DNA of 64,000 bases from Podarcis erhardii (Eukaryota). A model generated the notes under the pieces. The model was not told the DNA's origin. It was given only the letters and a program-made list of their open reading frames with translations, and did no database searches. The stretch is from the NCBI GenBank assembly GCA_964252035.1, contig OZ176209.1; one strand, given 5' to 3'. The position numbers and the translations under genes are program-made. Positions 1-12,407 of this stretch are shown here, piece by piece; position 1 is the first letter of the stretch, and every line of letters starts with the position of its first letter.

Positions 1-234
1 AAAAAACCTCAGCACAATAGAGAATTTTTGCTGTTTCTCCTCAGGTTCTGTTTGCACTGGCTCAGCCTCTCCTACACTGAATATGCCCCCTTAAACATGC
101 CCACATTTCATTAGATGCCAGGAGTGGACATCCATTCACCCATCATTTAAATAAAAGGAGAGGTGCAAAGAGCTTCTCTTTGTGAGTGAGCTCAGGAGTG
201 GCTGATGGGAGCACATTTCCTCCCCTATTGATGG

Positions 235-363
235 GGTGGCTGATGCATGGCACCCATTTTGTGTCATGCCATGCCCCATGGCAGCCATTTTGTGGCTGGT
301 GCCCACAACACCACCTCAAAATTCCAGATGTGCCTACTGACCCAAATGTTGGGTGACCCTTGA
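235..363 (-). mobile_element. Degenerate hAT-type MITE end fragment
   Basis: The minus strand begins cAAGGGTCACCCAACatttggg-like, resembling hAT MITE termini; no TSD found. Confidence 0.4.
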
Positions 364-667
364 GCTACAAAGATTAACAAGACAAAAACACAACCCCAAA
401 GAAGCCATACCCCATATCCAACACCCAAAATGGCCCACCTTCACTCCTGAAAGTGGAAGAAGCCTCAGATACTGATCTGAGTGCAAAGTCATGGCCGTTC
501 TGCAAGCTACATTTGGACAAGATGGTCTCTTGGCCATCTTGGCCACAGTTCATTTAGGAGACACCTCGCTGCACTACGAAATGGTGCAGTCCAGAATTCT
601 GCCACCTTGTTCTGAATTAAGCACAGAATGGCTTTTGCGGAACCAGATGGGTGTCCAGTTGATATTA

Positions 668-958
<291 letters not shown>

Positions 959-1574
959 TTATAAGCTGCCTCCTCAAGCATAGCTTTAAATCGTACTCGG
1001 GAGGACTTGTCACTTCAGCATGAAGTCCTGCATCTCCCATTTTCTCAGTTATGACATGTATTTGTTGTACAGCTTTATGGCATGGTGGATAAGGGCACTT
1101 GTGTGCTTTCCCTCCACCATATAATCACCTAAACATAGTTGTTGATGGTAGTCAATGCTGAGGTCCAAACGTACACACCTCCGGTTTGCACAGTCTTCCC
1201 TTCCTGTCTTTTTCCACAGGGAAAGAACTGCCCAACTTGGGTATCCATAGGGAATGTTTCCTTAGTGAATGGTGGAAGGAGATTCCACACATTCCCATTC
1301 TTCTGCTCCTCCCAAAGAATCACCAGCCAGCTGAATAAAAGAGGTGGGGCATGGGAATGTTACCCATGGTTACACTGCCTCCACATAATGCAGGATAGTG
1401 CTATAGGCTTTTATCTTGGGATGAGGGTGGGGAGGGTATCCGTTCTGAAACACCATCTAAATTTATTTATTTTTGCTGAAGATTTTGTGATTCCACCAAA
1501 GGACTAGGCAGTGCTAGTTGCTTCCTAACAGTGAAGGGTCTTTTTTTTTTGGCAGCATCACAAAGATATATCCT

Positions 1575-1747
1575 GGTTTTCCTGCTAAGGAGCTCATGGC
1601 AGTGTACATGGCTCCTCTATTTTATCCTCATAATTCCCCTGTGAGGTAGGTTAGGCTGACAGGCCAAAGGTCACCCAGTGAGCTCCATGGCTGAATAGCA
1701 ATGGAGGTTCAATCAGGTTCAACACTCTAACCACTTTACCACCCTGG
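1575..1747 (-). mobile_element. CORE/MIR-type tRNA SINE, old
   Basis: Motifs ccctgtgaggtagg, aaggtcacccagtgagc and actctaaccact..accac are typical of an antisense MIR/CORE SINE. Confidence 0.65.
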
Positions 1748-2225
1748 TGAACATCTAACCCCCTGCCCTGTCATGTATGAATCGGATGTAAGAAGCCAAC
1801 AAATGCTTGTTCATGGCTGCCTGTCTTTTCATGTGCAGACACCTCTGCAGTGGTACAGACAATGCGAAAGGTCCGTGCAACTCAAAACAGCTTCTACAGT
1901 CCCAGAGTGTGCCTGTCCTGTGGCCAATCGGTTCTGCTAACTGATCACTTCTGCAACTGATCTCATTCTTCCAAAACCTATTTCTGTTTGCATCTTTCAT
2001 CTCATCTTCACAGAGCCAGAGACGTGGTCTTAACCTTGGCAATGGCGTTTACTATGACAGCATGAAAAATTCACCCACAGACTTTCAGCATTGCACATCA
2101 CCAGCTTTGTTTAGTGGGTGTCTCCTCGCCATGCGCTAAGTACCAAGGAGATCAATGTTCTCTCTCCACCGGGCAGTGGATGTACAGGCACAGCTGGGAA
2201 TAAGGCAAAGCGCTATGCTACTGAC

Positions 2226-2334
2226 CATCAGAGTCTCCGCTCATGTTGAAATCCATCATAGCGTGGCTAAACTTCCCATCTTCATTCTGTTTGACTGCCA
2301 ACTGTTGAGTCAGGTTCTCCAGTGTCGTTTTGTC
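2226..2334 (-). CDS. SOX5: SOX5 coding exon (about exon 12): [36 protein letters not shown](G)
   Basis: Translation is SOX5-like and unlike SOX6/SOX13. Pyrimidine tract plus cag acceptor at 2335-2337, donor gtcag at 2225; 109 nt, phase 0-1, fits both neighbours. Confidence 0.96.
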
Positions 2335-3143
2335 CTGGGTGGGGAGAGAAGAGAGGGCACAAAGGAGTCTTTTTATTAACATGCAATGGAACCACAAAGT
2401 TCATAGGTAATTTGCAAGATTCCCCAGAGAAGGGGAGTTTAGAAAATAAGGAAGAAGATGGTTGAGTTGGAAAAGTAAATGAAAGTGGGGTGAATGCCCA
2501 AAGGGATGCGGGGGGGGGGGGGAGAATAACACAATTATTTTTGGGAGGTTTTATGAGTTGGAAGTATCATGGCTTGAACATTCACTCCTCCCATTTAAAA
2601 ATACAGCTTTATTAGCTGAGGATGAGTAAGCTTGTGAAATTCAGATTAGTTTGACACACATTGCAAGCGCTCAGCTAGCATGTTCCACAAGCGGTTCAAA
2701 CGTTTCTGGTGGAATTCAGTGCACTGAAAAGTGGGTTGAGTTTAGCAACCCACAGGGCAATTTAAGATGCTAATTTTTCTGATGGGCCCGATGGATACTT
2801 GCCTCTGAAAAACCTTGTAAAACCTAACATTGATAGGAAGTTAAAAGTATGCCAGGGCCGTTCCTGACGTTAATTTTTATCCCTATCCTTGTCTGAGACG
2901 CAAGTAAGGCAACTGAGAAAATAGCCAAAGGAAATAACTCTGAGTCAGAAATGACTACCTTGTTCACAGGATGTAAACGGCAACAATCCCTTCTGATGAT
3001 TTTTTAGGAGTACCTTTACAAATGGGTGAAATTTTCACCCCACTCATCACTGTGACAATCACTTTCTCATCCATTTTCCTTAAAACTGTTTCGCCCACAA
3101 CATTCCAAGGTGAGGTCAAGAAACATTTTCCTCACTCTTGTTT

Positions 3144-3352
3144 CATAGAATTGTAGGGTTGGAAGGAATCTAGTCCAACACCTTACAATGCAGGAATTAC
3201 AGTTAAACAATTCTCGACAGATGGCCATCCAACCTCTGCTTAAAAACTTTTCAGTGAAGGAGGGTCCAACACCTTCTGAGGAAGTCCCTTCCACTGTTGG
3301 ATAGCTCGCACCATCAGAAAGTTCTTCCTGATCTGCAGCCAGAATCTCCTTT
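3144..3352 (-). mobile_element. CR1 LINE 3' end
   Basis: catagaattgtagggttggaagg tail, then CR1 3'UTR/RT end (ccatccaacctctgcttaaaaac, cttccactgttggatagctc). Confidence 0.85.
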
Positions 3353-5059
3353 ATTTGGTGCAATGAAGCCAACAAGATTTGGCTATTTGATGGTGTCTGA
3401 ACAACACCTCGGGTATTGTAGGGGTGGGGTGGGGAACTGAGGGGGGAAATATACCCAATAGCAGTGGAGAAAGACTATCATCCTCAAGACAACAAACAGA
3501 GGGCAAAAGGTGATGGGAAATAGATGAGAGCGGTGTCACTTGCTACACAAGGAAAGATCCTGTGTGAGAGTCCAGGAAGGGAACTATATATGACAGTAAG
3601 GATAGGTAAAAATGCATATTAAAGAAACACACAGAATCCACAATACAGCACAGCAACTAAACAGGCAGAGTGGGATTAAAAGAGAACAGGTTGGGAAAAC
3701 TTGCAAATTTGTATACAGCACGCCAGTGATTTATGCAACCCCTGGGCGGCTGCTCTCCATGGCTGTGACATGCTTCGTGGTTCACACGTTGTGCAGGCCT
3801 GCTTTGTGCATAACCACTCCCCTCCCATCCCACAACCACCACTCCTCACCTATGCCAGAGACCATGCTCAGAGTCTAGTTCTGGGAACGGGTTATGCCCA
3901 GCAAGACCAAGGAGGAGCCTCACAAACCCCACGGCATGCTCAGAGCTCGGGAATGCGCCTGCAGTGTGTTTACAAACATGGCTTTCCTGCAAATCCTATA
4001 GCCGAAAGCACTGTGTGGCCAGGATTAGTGCCGCACACTTGGCTTGGAGGAGAACGATGCCTCCGCTGTGGGGCCTTGGAAGAGGCTAGCCGGGGCCTGC
4101 ACCTTTCTCTGAGTGCAATACCTGCATTCATCATTGCTGGAAAATGTTGCTTTCCTCCCCCTCCACACCCAGTTATGGGAGTGTTGCGGTGCTGCAGAAC
4201 TGAAACGTGCAAAGCAAAGGCAGCCCTCCTTTTCACAAGCCGCATACAGTTCAACTTGCCTGGCTTTTGGTTGCCTCTCTCCACAGAACGCGGGAGTGAT
4301 AAGGGGGAGGGGGAGGAACCGGAGACTCTGTTTCAGCGACAAGGCGACCCCTAACCCCTCACTACTAAAACATGCAGTATAATAAAATAATTCAATTAGT
4401 CGCCATCAAAGGGAAAGTTGAGATAATTCTCAGAGGCTGTCACTCTGAAGTCGAGCGATGTCAAAACAGTCAGCTATGCTTTCGTTATGCCCCTTTGAGC
4501 CATGACTTAAGTGAACCTTCAGTCAATCTCGGTGCTGAGCAAAGGGAGAGGGATGGCATGCGAGAGTTGGCAGCGGGGCAGAGGAGGTGAAAAGTGAGTT
4601 GCAAAAAGCTTTAATTATAAAACAACAGAGCGGTCTCCAAGGCTGAGGAGGCCCAGCCGTTGCACTTAACCAATCTCTGCTGCGGCTGATGCACTGAATG
4701 AAATTAACGCGGCTAAAGGAAGAAAAAAGAAGAAGAAGAAGAAGAGAGGGGAAAAACCCCCAAAGCAAAACAAAAGCAAGAGCACCCTCGTGAGCAAAAC
4801 AAGTTATTTGGTTTTTAAAGCAGAGGACACGGTAATCCATAAATTAAAAAGGGGTTTTAAATCAAAGAGGGGAGCGAAAGCTCAGCCGGGACGTAGCCGG
4901 GTGTTTGAGTGAAAGGAACAGGAAAGTTTTCAAGAGCCATAATTAATGAGCAATACTTTTGGCTTTGCGGCAATTGCCAAAGTATTTCTGGGTTGTTGAA
5001 TTCAGTTCGGCACTGTAGTTCATATGGGCATTAGTCAACGAGACGGATGGTGGTGGGGG

Positions 5060-5385
5060 AACATAGGAAGCCAGCTTATATCGAGTCAGATCACGGCTCC
5101 ATCTAGCTCAGTATTTCCTGTTCTGATTGGCAGCTGCTCTCTAGGGCTCCCTGATAGGAACCTTTCTCAGCCCTGCCTGAGGGACTGAACCTGTGACCTG
5201 ATGCCACTGCACCTTTCTCAAGTAGGAACACAGGAAGCTGTCTTAGACAGAATCAGGCATTTGGCTCCTACAGCTCAGCAATATTGATTCTGACTGGTAG
5301 CAGCTTGCTATGATTTAAGGCAGAGGTCTCTCCCAGCCCCACTTGGAGGGACTGAACCTGGGACCTTCTGCATGCAGATACTTTG
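5060..5385 (-). mobile_element. Two tandem tRNA-Ala-derived SINEs (5060-5213 and 5227-5385) with CR1-type tails
   Basis: Each starts aac(a/t)taggaagc and ends in gggactgaacctg-type antisense B box. Same family as 9960, 48015 and 59170. Confidence 0.7.
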
Positions 5386-5845
5386 TGAAGGAACAATTGT
5401 CTTTTCCAGGATGCAGAGTTAGAGTGACGACCCAATAAAACGAAAAGGCCCCTTGCTATGTAATAAACTTCACTCATATGTAACAAACTAGGCTTAATGT
5501 CTCATCTGCTTTGGCCCTCAAATTTATGTTGTTCGGATTGCATTGTAATATTTTCTTTTAGGGTTTAGTGGCTGGTGCCTAATTTGTGGGTTTTTGAAGC
5601 AAGGTATAAATATTTTTGGAACGTTTTAGGAAGCTGCCTTGTACTGGTTATTTATATTGCTGTCTCTGTCCCAGAACTGTCTACTCTAGCAGAATAGGAC
5701 CTTTCTTTCCTGTCACCTGTTACCGTTAGAGAAATCAGTATGAATTTAATTATTTTTAAGGTAAAAGAGTGGTCACCCTGATGCTTCTGCTCTCAGCAGA
5801 GAAGCCAGATGAGACCACACTCTTCACCTTAACAACACAGAAATG

Positions 5846-6465
5846 TAATAATTAATAATAATAATAACAATAATAGTACCCCGCCCATCTGACTGGGTTG
5901 CACCAGCTACTCTGGGAAGCTTCCAGTACAGACATACCTGGAATACAGTTGTCAGAAGCAGTGTCCAGGTGTAAATCAGCAAAATGTCCAGAAAAATCTG
6001 GACGTATGGCAACCCATGTTGGCAGTGCCATTTTTGGCGATGTTACTTTTGGCCAAAACAACAACAAAAAAGCCCAACAACTTTGTCCCCGCAAAAGCTC
6101 AACAACTTCCAGCATATACAAAAACACAAATGAAACTTTAAACATTTAAAACTTCCTGATACAGGGCTGCCTTCAGATGTCTTCTAAAGGTTGTATAGAT
6201 ACTTATCTCCTTGACATCTGATGGGAGGGCGTTTCACAAGGCACGCACGACTACTGAGAAGGCCCTCTGCCTGGTTCCCTGTAGCTTCACATCTCGCAGT
6301 GAGGGAACCACCAGAAGGCCCTCAGAGCTGGACCTCAGTGTCCAAGCTGAATGGTGGGAGTGGAGATGCTCCTTCAGGTATACAGGACTGAGGCCATTTA
6401 GGGCTTTAAAGGTCAGCACCAATACTTTGAATTTCTGGAAACGTACCAGGAGCAAATGTAGGTAA
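5846..6465 (-). mobile_element. L2 LINE 3' end with (AAT)n tail, interrupted at 5927-6105
   Basis: Minus-strand peptide RFQKFKVLVLTFKALNGLSPVYLKEHL...RAFSVV is typical L2 C-terminus; near-identical to 62277-62700. Confidence 0.85.
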
Positions 6466-6764
6466 GAAGAGCTCTGGTGGATGCCAATGCCCATCTAGCC
6501 CAGCATCCAATCCCACCAGTGGTCGACCAGATGCCCATGGGAAGCCCAAAAGCAGGACTTGAGTGCAACAGAGCTCTCCAAACTTGTGATTCCCATCAAA
6601 TGGCAAACGCAACCAGAGAGTGACAAGTCTCAGGTGCTTGGTCCCCAGGTCTCCATTACAACTCAGGTGAGGCCATCAGGAAGTAGCTCCTCAGATGGGG
6701 CTTTGTCAAATCAGGTATTGCATGCACCTGGGGAGGCTGCAGAGCACTGGAGAGAACATTAATG

Positions 6765-6891
6765 CAGGATTTCCCAAACTTGGGTCTCCAGCTCTTTTTG
6801 GACTACAACTCCCATCATCCCTAGCTAGCAGGACCAGTGGTCAGGGATGATGGGAACTGTAGTCCAAAAGCCCAAACACTGGGAAACACTG
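6765..6891. mobile_element. hAT MITE, 127 bp, palindromic, 8-bp TSD CATTAATG
   Basis: TSD at 6757-6764 and 6892-6899; TIR-like caggatttccca/tgggaaacactg; internal inverted repeat ggactacaactcccatcatccct/agggatgatgggaactgtagtcc. Confidence 0.9.
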
Positions 6892-7664
6892 CATTAATGG
6901 AAAGAAACACACCCAGCCACCAGGCTCAGGCACCACACACCCTCATAAATTCTAAGTACCCTGTGAAAGAGGACAGAACAAGGAAGTGTGGTGGGAAACT
7001 TTTGGAAAACTGGAGGGCAGGTGCTAATCAAAAAGGCCATATAATGAATGGCGCCAGGGCAAAATTAAGCACAAAAGCAGCAGCTAACCTGTTTTGCTTT
7101 AGAAGAAAAAAGAGGTGGGTGGCAATCTCGTATCTGCTGGGCTACGCACTTTCCAGGAGGATATTTCAATTTATGTTCATGGCATCACTCTGTCAACAAA
7201 GGAAGAGGATCCTCTTTCCTGTCCCTGCCCACTCACAAATTAACTGCAGCTTGCTGACAGAGGGGCATCCCACCTTCATCTTGCGAAACCCATTTAGCGG
7301 TTCCAAAGGGGGAAGCACAATGGTTTCAGGTTTGCACATCAAAATGCACCCATTAATCATAGCTGGCTGGCTGGAACATGGCCATTTCCGAAACTCTTAA
7401 CTGTTTGTGATGTGGATCAGGCCTTGACACTATTTGTAGCCTCTATTTGCAGCTCTCTATTTGTAAGGAGATGGTTTAGGTCACACTAGGTCACACTGGC
7501 TTTCCCCATTGAAAACATCTTTGGCTTCCCTCATAACTCCTGAGGTGTTCCTCTTTGCCAAATTTATATTGAAATTTCCATTTTGGAAAAGCCCTAGTTC
7601 CAGGGCTTATCCGGCGATGCTCAAAAGGAAGATGGCAGCGGCTGTGGGAAAGCATGTACTACCT

Positions 7665-7965
7665 AGGTAAAGGTAAAGGGACCCCTGACCGTTAGGTCCA
7701 GTCATGGATGACTCTGGGGTTGCAGCGCTCATCTCGCTTTATTGGCCGAGGGAGTCGGCGTACAGTTTCCGGTTCATGTGGCCAGCATGACTAAGCCGCT
7801 TCTGGCGAACCAGAGCAGCGCATGGAAATGCCATTTACCTTCCCGCCAGAGCGGTACCTATTTATCTACTTGTACTTTGTGCTTTTGAAATGCTAGGTTG
7901 GCAGGAGCAGGGACCGAGCAACGGGAGCTCACCCCGTCACAGGGATTCGAATCGCTGACATTCTG
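7665..7965 (-). mobile_element. Sauria SINE, 5'-truncated
   Basis: Matches the other copies; (ggtaaa)n antisense tail. Confidence 0.92.
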
Positions 7966-8783
7966 TGTGCCCTAGGTGTGAAAGATTTGCTTGATTTCTG
8001 CAATCCTGTCCCCAGGATGAAAAGATTGTGGAAACTGAGGGAATTGCATTTGTAGCTGAGATAACTTGCAATTTCATTACTTGGGGGGGGGGGGTGGCGG
8101 CATGTTCCCACCACACTGGAGCTCATAGCTGGGATGAATATGTGAGCAAGACCTTCCACTCCTTTTGACAGCTGCGAAGCATGTGGCTTGACCTCCCCAC
8201 TGGGAGATTCCCCACAGCAGCACTGCATACTCCTGGTGGCCTCCAGGAATGGAGAGCAGAGCCTCCAAACGATTAGCCTGAACCATATGGAAAGTGTCTT
8301 CCAAACGAAACAGCTGCCATGTGGAACCCTGCCTCACAGGAGCGACTGCCGGCAGCTTCTGCATGGACGCCATAGCGCTGAATTGGCCTTTCGTTCTCTA
8401 GTTCTTCCACAAGAATTAGTTGGATGCACACATAAGTACTTCAGCCTAACTGGGTGATGGCTCAAGATTCAAGTGCCTAGTTCCCCACACCCCTTACCCC
8501 ACACCCCCAGCGCGGTAATACTCTACAGCTGGGTTTGGCCAAGTGAGTGCAAGCCTGACAGTGGCATTCCTCTGCCGAAACGTTCTCTTGGCCAGGGTAG
8601 CGCTGGCAAAATCCTAGAGAGCTGTGAACTCCGTTTGCCAAAAAGCTCTTCTCTAACTGCATAATTCAAGGTTAAAATTTCATTCTAGCTCTCCATCCAC
8701 AGTACTCGGCTCCTTCCCCTGCCATCTCCACTCCCCTCTTCCAAAGGCAGGCATACATTTCATTCACATTTGCTGCCTTGCAG

Positions 8784-8786
<3 letters not shown>

Positions 8787-8826
<40 letters not shown>
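8787..8826. repeat. (AC)n microsatellite
   Basis: Seen directly. Confidence 0.98.
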
Positions 8827-8829
<3 letters not shown>

Positions 8830-8921
8830 TGTGGGGCTGCAAGCCAGCCCAGAGAGTGCCAAAAAGTGCCGGCTCAGACACAGATCCCCAACCTCATGTT
8901 CTTCTCTGCCTTTTGCCAAAC

Positions 8922-8924
<3 letters not shown>

Positions 8925-9008
<84 letters not shown>
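8925..9008. repeat. Compound (GT)n(GA)n microsatellite
   Basis: Seen directly; similar compounds at about 51202-51261 and 57447-57491. Confidence 0.98.
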
Positions 9009-9010
<2 letters not shown>

Positions 9011-9379
9011 AAGCTGAGATGACTGTGGGGAGAGGGTTGGTGAGGTGGGAATCCTTGAGTTCTGGCGAAGCCTGACTTCCAGTCTGCACAAAGGAGGCTG
9101 CATTGCAACTGGGGGTAGGGGGGAAATTCGAATCAGCTTGCACTCTAAAGGCAAGCCTACTAAATTTAGGCTGTGGACACACTCCTGTTTATTCTGCATC
9201 CAATATGCTAGCTGGGGAAGGGGTTTACACATGATGTTATCCACAATCCATATCTAGCCTGTCGTTTCTCATGAAATGCTGCCTTTTGATGGGTTTTCTC
9301 TCAAGCCAGCTTTGATCCAATTTTTTAAAAAAAGAATGACCCAGCTGTGTTTTAAGCTAGGAATTTGTACACAGCCTTG

Positions 9380-9945
9380 CACTTTCTGGAGGAAAAATAT
9401 GTGCAAACTGAAACACAGCCATCCTTCAAAATTCACACTTCTCTGAATTTTGCAATGCAGTTGTCCAGCCAAATAGTGCGTACAATAATTTTCATTCTTA
9501 GGTAAACTGCATGTAAGAATGCATATACTAGTGAAAACGGCATACTGAATTGCATTGCATTAGAGGAAATTGCATACAAAAATGTGTGTATTGGTACGAT
9601 GATTGCTTTATGGAAGCATGGAAGCCTTTTTTTGGACTATTTAAAGAAATATTATAGTATGATGAATTCGTGAGCAGGAAGGCATGAGAGATTGTTGTAT
9701 TATTGTTATGATCCAAGACAGGGAAGACAGAGAGCAACAAGGGGGACAAATAACAAACACCATGGAAACATCATGGAAAATTGGATGGGATGTTGACAAA
9801 AGAAAAGAAAAATCTATTGTGTACTGGAATCTTTATGTGGGATTTTTTTGGGGGGGGATTTAATACAATATATCTTAAAAAAACACCAAAAAACCAAAAT
9901 GTGTGTACTGGGAGAAATTCACACTAAAGTGCTGGTGCACTTTTA
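9380..9945 (+). mobile_element. AT-rich unclassified non-autonomous DNA-transposon-like repeat, interrupted by an L1 3' end; related copies at about 49870-50100 (-), 53040-53315 (+) and 56135-56555 (+)
   Basis: Shared motifs aactgaaacaca..cttctctgaattttgcaa..ccagcca and aaattc(a/g)cactaa..gctgg..ttt..gaggact. Confidence 0.55.
9600..9890 (+). mobile_element. L1-clade LINE 3' fragment
   Basis: Degenerate WKPF-DYLKKYYSMMNS* C-terminus, then an AT-rich UTR and A-rich end. Confidence 0.55.
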
Positions 9946-9959
9946 TGAGGACTATGAGT

Positions 9960-10091
9960 GAGTTCCCATTGGGGTGCTGGCATTCTGGGCCAGACTGAAA
10001 TTCTGGAGAGCTTCTGTCAGTCAGCATACACAACACTGAACTAGACAGACCAATGATCTGGCTCACTATAAGGCAGCTTCCTATGTTCCTA
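9960..10091 (+). mobile_element. tRNA-Ala SINE family, 3' part
   Basis: Ends gaccaatgatctggctcactataaggcagcttcctatgttcct. Confidence 0.7.
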
Positions 10092-10167
10092 GTTTTCCTC
10101 TCTTTTTTGACATCATAACCAAGCTGTGGATGGGACCACTCAATCTGTCTCACCAGGTCAACATTGG

Positions 10168-10270
10168 CCATCTGTCATGGATGCTTTAGTTGAGAGTCCT
10201 GTATTGCAGGAGACTGGACTAGATTACTCTCAGGGATCCCTTCCAACTCTGTGATCCTATGACACTATGG
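10168..10270 (+). mobile_element. CR1 3' tail
   Basis: ggccatctgtcatggatgctttag..cccttccaactctgtgatcctatg. Confidence 0.8.
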
Positions 10271-11291
10271 AGTGTGCCACCTCTTATCTCTGGCCATCGC
10301 CTTGACAATGACTGTTGTGCAGAAAAACATGCCATAAAACAGAAACAGGATCAGTTTTGCAACAGGCTGAGCTCTGATGTGCTTAAATGTAGTTTACAGA
10401 GCTATAAAAACCATGCGTGAAATGATAAAATAGAGTGAGACTTTCAAATGTTGACTCGGTTATTGTTAGCCCTCGTTCTGGTGGCCCCGCTTTATTGTTT
10501 TCGACTGTTCTAATGAACAGGGAAATAGCAACAAAGAAGGGCTTTAACCTTCCAATTATATAAACTCCCCGGACCACCAAAGTAGACAAAAGATTATTTA
10601 TAATGCAACTAAGATTTATCAGTCAGGAGGTTTCTGCCCCCATCCCAGACCCGCTTTTCTTGTTTGTATTGAAGTTAAAATTGAAAAAAACCCCACAAAC
10701 CAGTGCCTTCTTCAGTCGCTTAAACTCTCCCTTGCTTATCCAAAAAAGAAAGAAAAGAAAAAGGCACCCATAGGAGCTAAAAGTAGACTTAAGAGAAGCG
10801 AGTGGGGAGGGGGAGAGGGAAACAAATTCCGACCTTATTTTCAGACATCTTTTGGGGTGGAATTGTATGACAGCTTAGTTTTAAAGCGTTCTCTCTGGTC
10901 CCTGCTCTTGGCTGGAACATGGGTGGCTTGAAAGCCTGGCTGCAAAGCTTTTAGCAGATCGGTTCGAAAAAGAAGATGCATTCGGTGTTCAATAAATAAC
11001 GCTTTCTTCAGACTCCAACCGGCCCCCAAGCACAGTTGACACTGACTTATTGAATCTGGTTCTTATTCATACCTGGTCATGAGTTTATCTCCTTTTGTTA
11101 TTTACACAAGGGTTTTAACACATCGAGTGCTTTGCACACATCAATGAGTTCCACCGTAACAACAACCCTATAAGGTAGATTATCGCCCTCATTTTGCAGT
11201 AGGGAGAGTGCTGCATTCGGAGACACCACAGCACTAAAGGGCGAAACTCACCCCTCAGCCCTAAAACGGCTTCTCTCTCCTTCCAGTGTAC

Positions 11292-11455
11292 ATAGAATCC
11301 TAGAATTGTAGAGTTGGAAGAGACCCCCCGGGGTCATCTAGACCAACCCCCTGCAATGCAGGAATCTCAGCTATCCATACGGATGCAGGGAATCACATCC
11401 ATGACAGATGGCCAGCAAACCTCTGATTAAAAACCTCCAATGAAGAAGAGTCCAT
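11292..11455 (-). mobile_element. CR1 3' tail
   Basis: catagaatcctagaattgtagagttggaag..ccccctgcaatgcaggaatc. Confidence 0.85.
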
Positions 11456-12407
11456 GCAACGATATGCAAATCCTCCCTCCACACAAACCTGGTATTTTAT
11501 AAATGACAGCTATGCTGGAAAAACAGAATTGGCACAAGCCACGTACACAGTACTACTCACTGAAGCCCCATATCAATGGGGAGCTGAATGCACTTAACTG
11601 TTTTGCATTGCAAGCAAAGGATGTCACCCCCCCATTGCTTTTTTAAAACCTAAGCTGTGTAAAAGTGTTTATCTGGCTGTCTTCATTTTCTCCTGAACCA
11701 GAGAGGTCCTTGCAATCAAGGGGTTAACGTTTAGATGGGAGGGGTGGCATTAAAAAAAATAAAAAATGGAGAGGGATGAAAATTGCAGCCCACACAGGAT
11801 AGGGAGTAGCTGCTTTCATATAAACAGAAAGTCAGGACGCAGACTGTGCTTTGCTGGTAATTGTTTACTAAACAATAGGGTGACTCAGTCGCTCAGCAGT
11901 GCCGCACATGTCTAAAATGGCTCAACATCCATTCCATCAACCGCAACTTCCCTGGGAATGTATTAAAGAAGCTGAAAATGCCACTAATGCTTTTTGTTGT
12001 AATTATTTCCTCTGCCCAGAAGCCCTATCACTTGTCCTCTAGGCCTGGAATGTACAGAGAGCACTGGCTTTGTGAGTTTATGGGGTGGGTGGGTTATTTT
12101 TGGGGTGTCCGTCCAATGAAAGAACACAAAAGGCTGCAGCTTTTGTGGATGAAGCCAAACTCCTTCTACAAAGGGTCTGGGGCTTGGACACACGGAGTCC
12201 TGGGCGATTTGCTCAGCTAGCTCCTAGCCTCAAACCATGAAGTTCCCAGTTCAAGCTGCAGCTGACAATGGTTTGCTGCTTCCCTTGTGAAAACATGTGC
12301 TGATGTGCTCCCCTGTTAAAGGTAGACGCTTTGAGAACATTTTCATCCAGAAGTAAATCAAATTGTACAAAAGGGGGTGGGGGGAATCAAAATGGAACCC
12401 ACTAACC

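Noticed and set aside
3701-4354. 217-aa plus-strand ORF
   Set aside because: No recognisable domain or splice context; GC-rich chance ORF.
8764-9244. ORFs with poly-HT, CV, ER, K, E or L runs (also near 29903, 31359, 42805, 51086)
   Set aside because: Translations of microsatellites.
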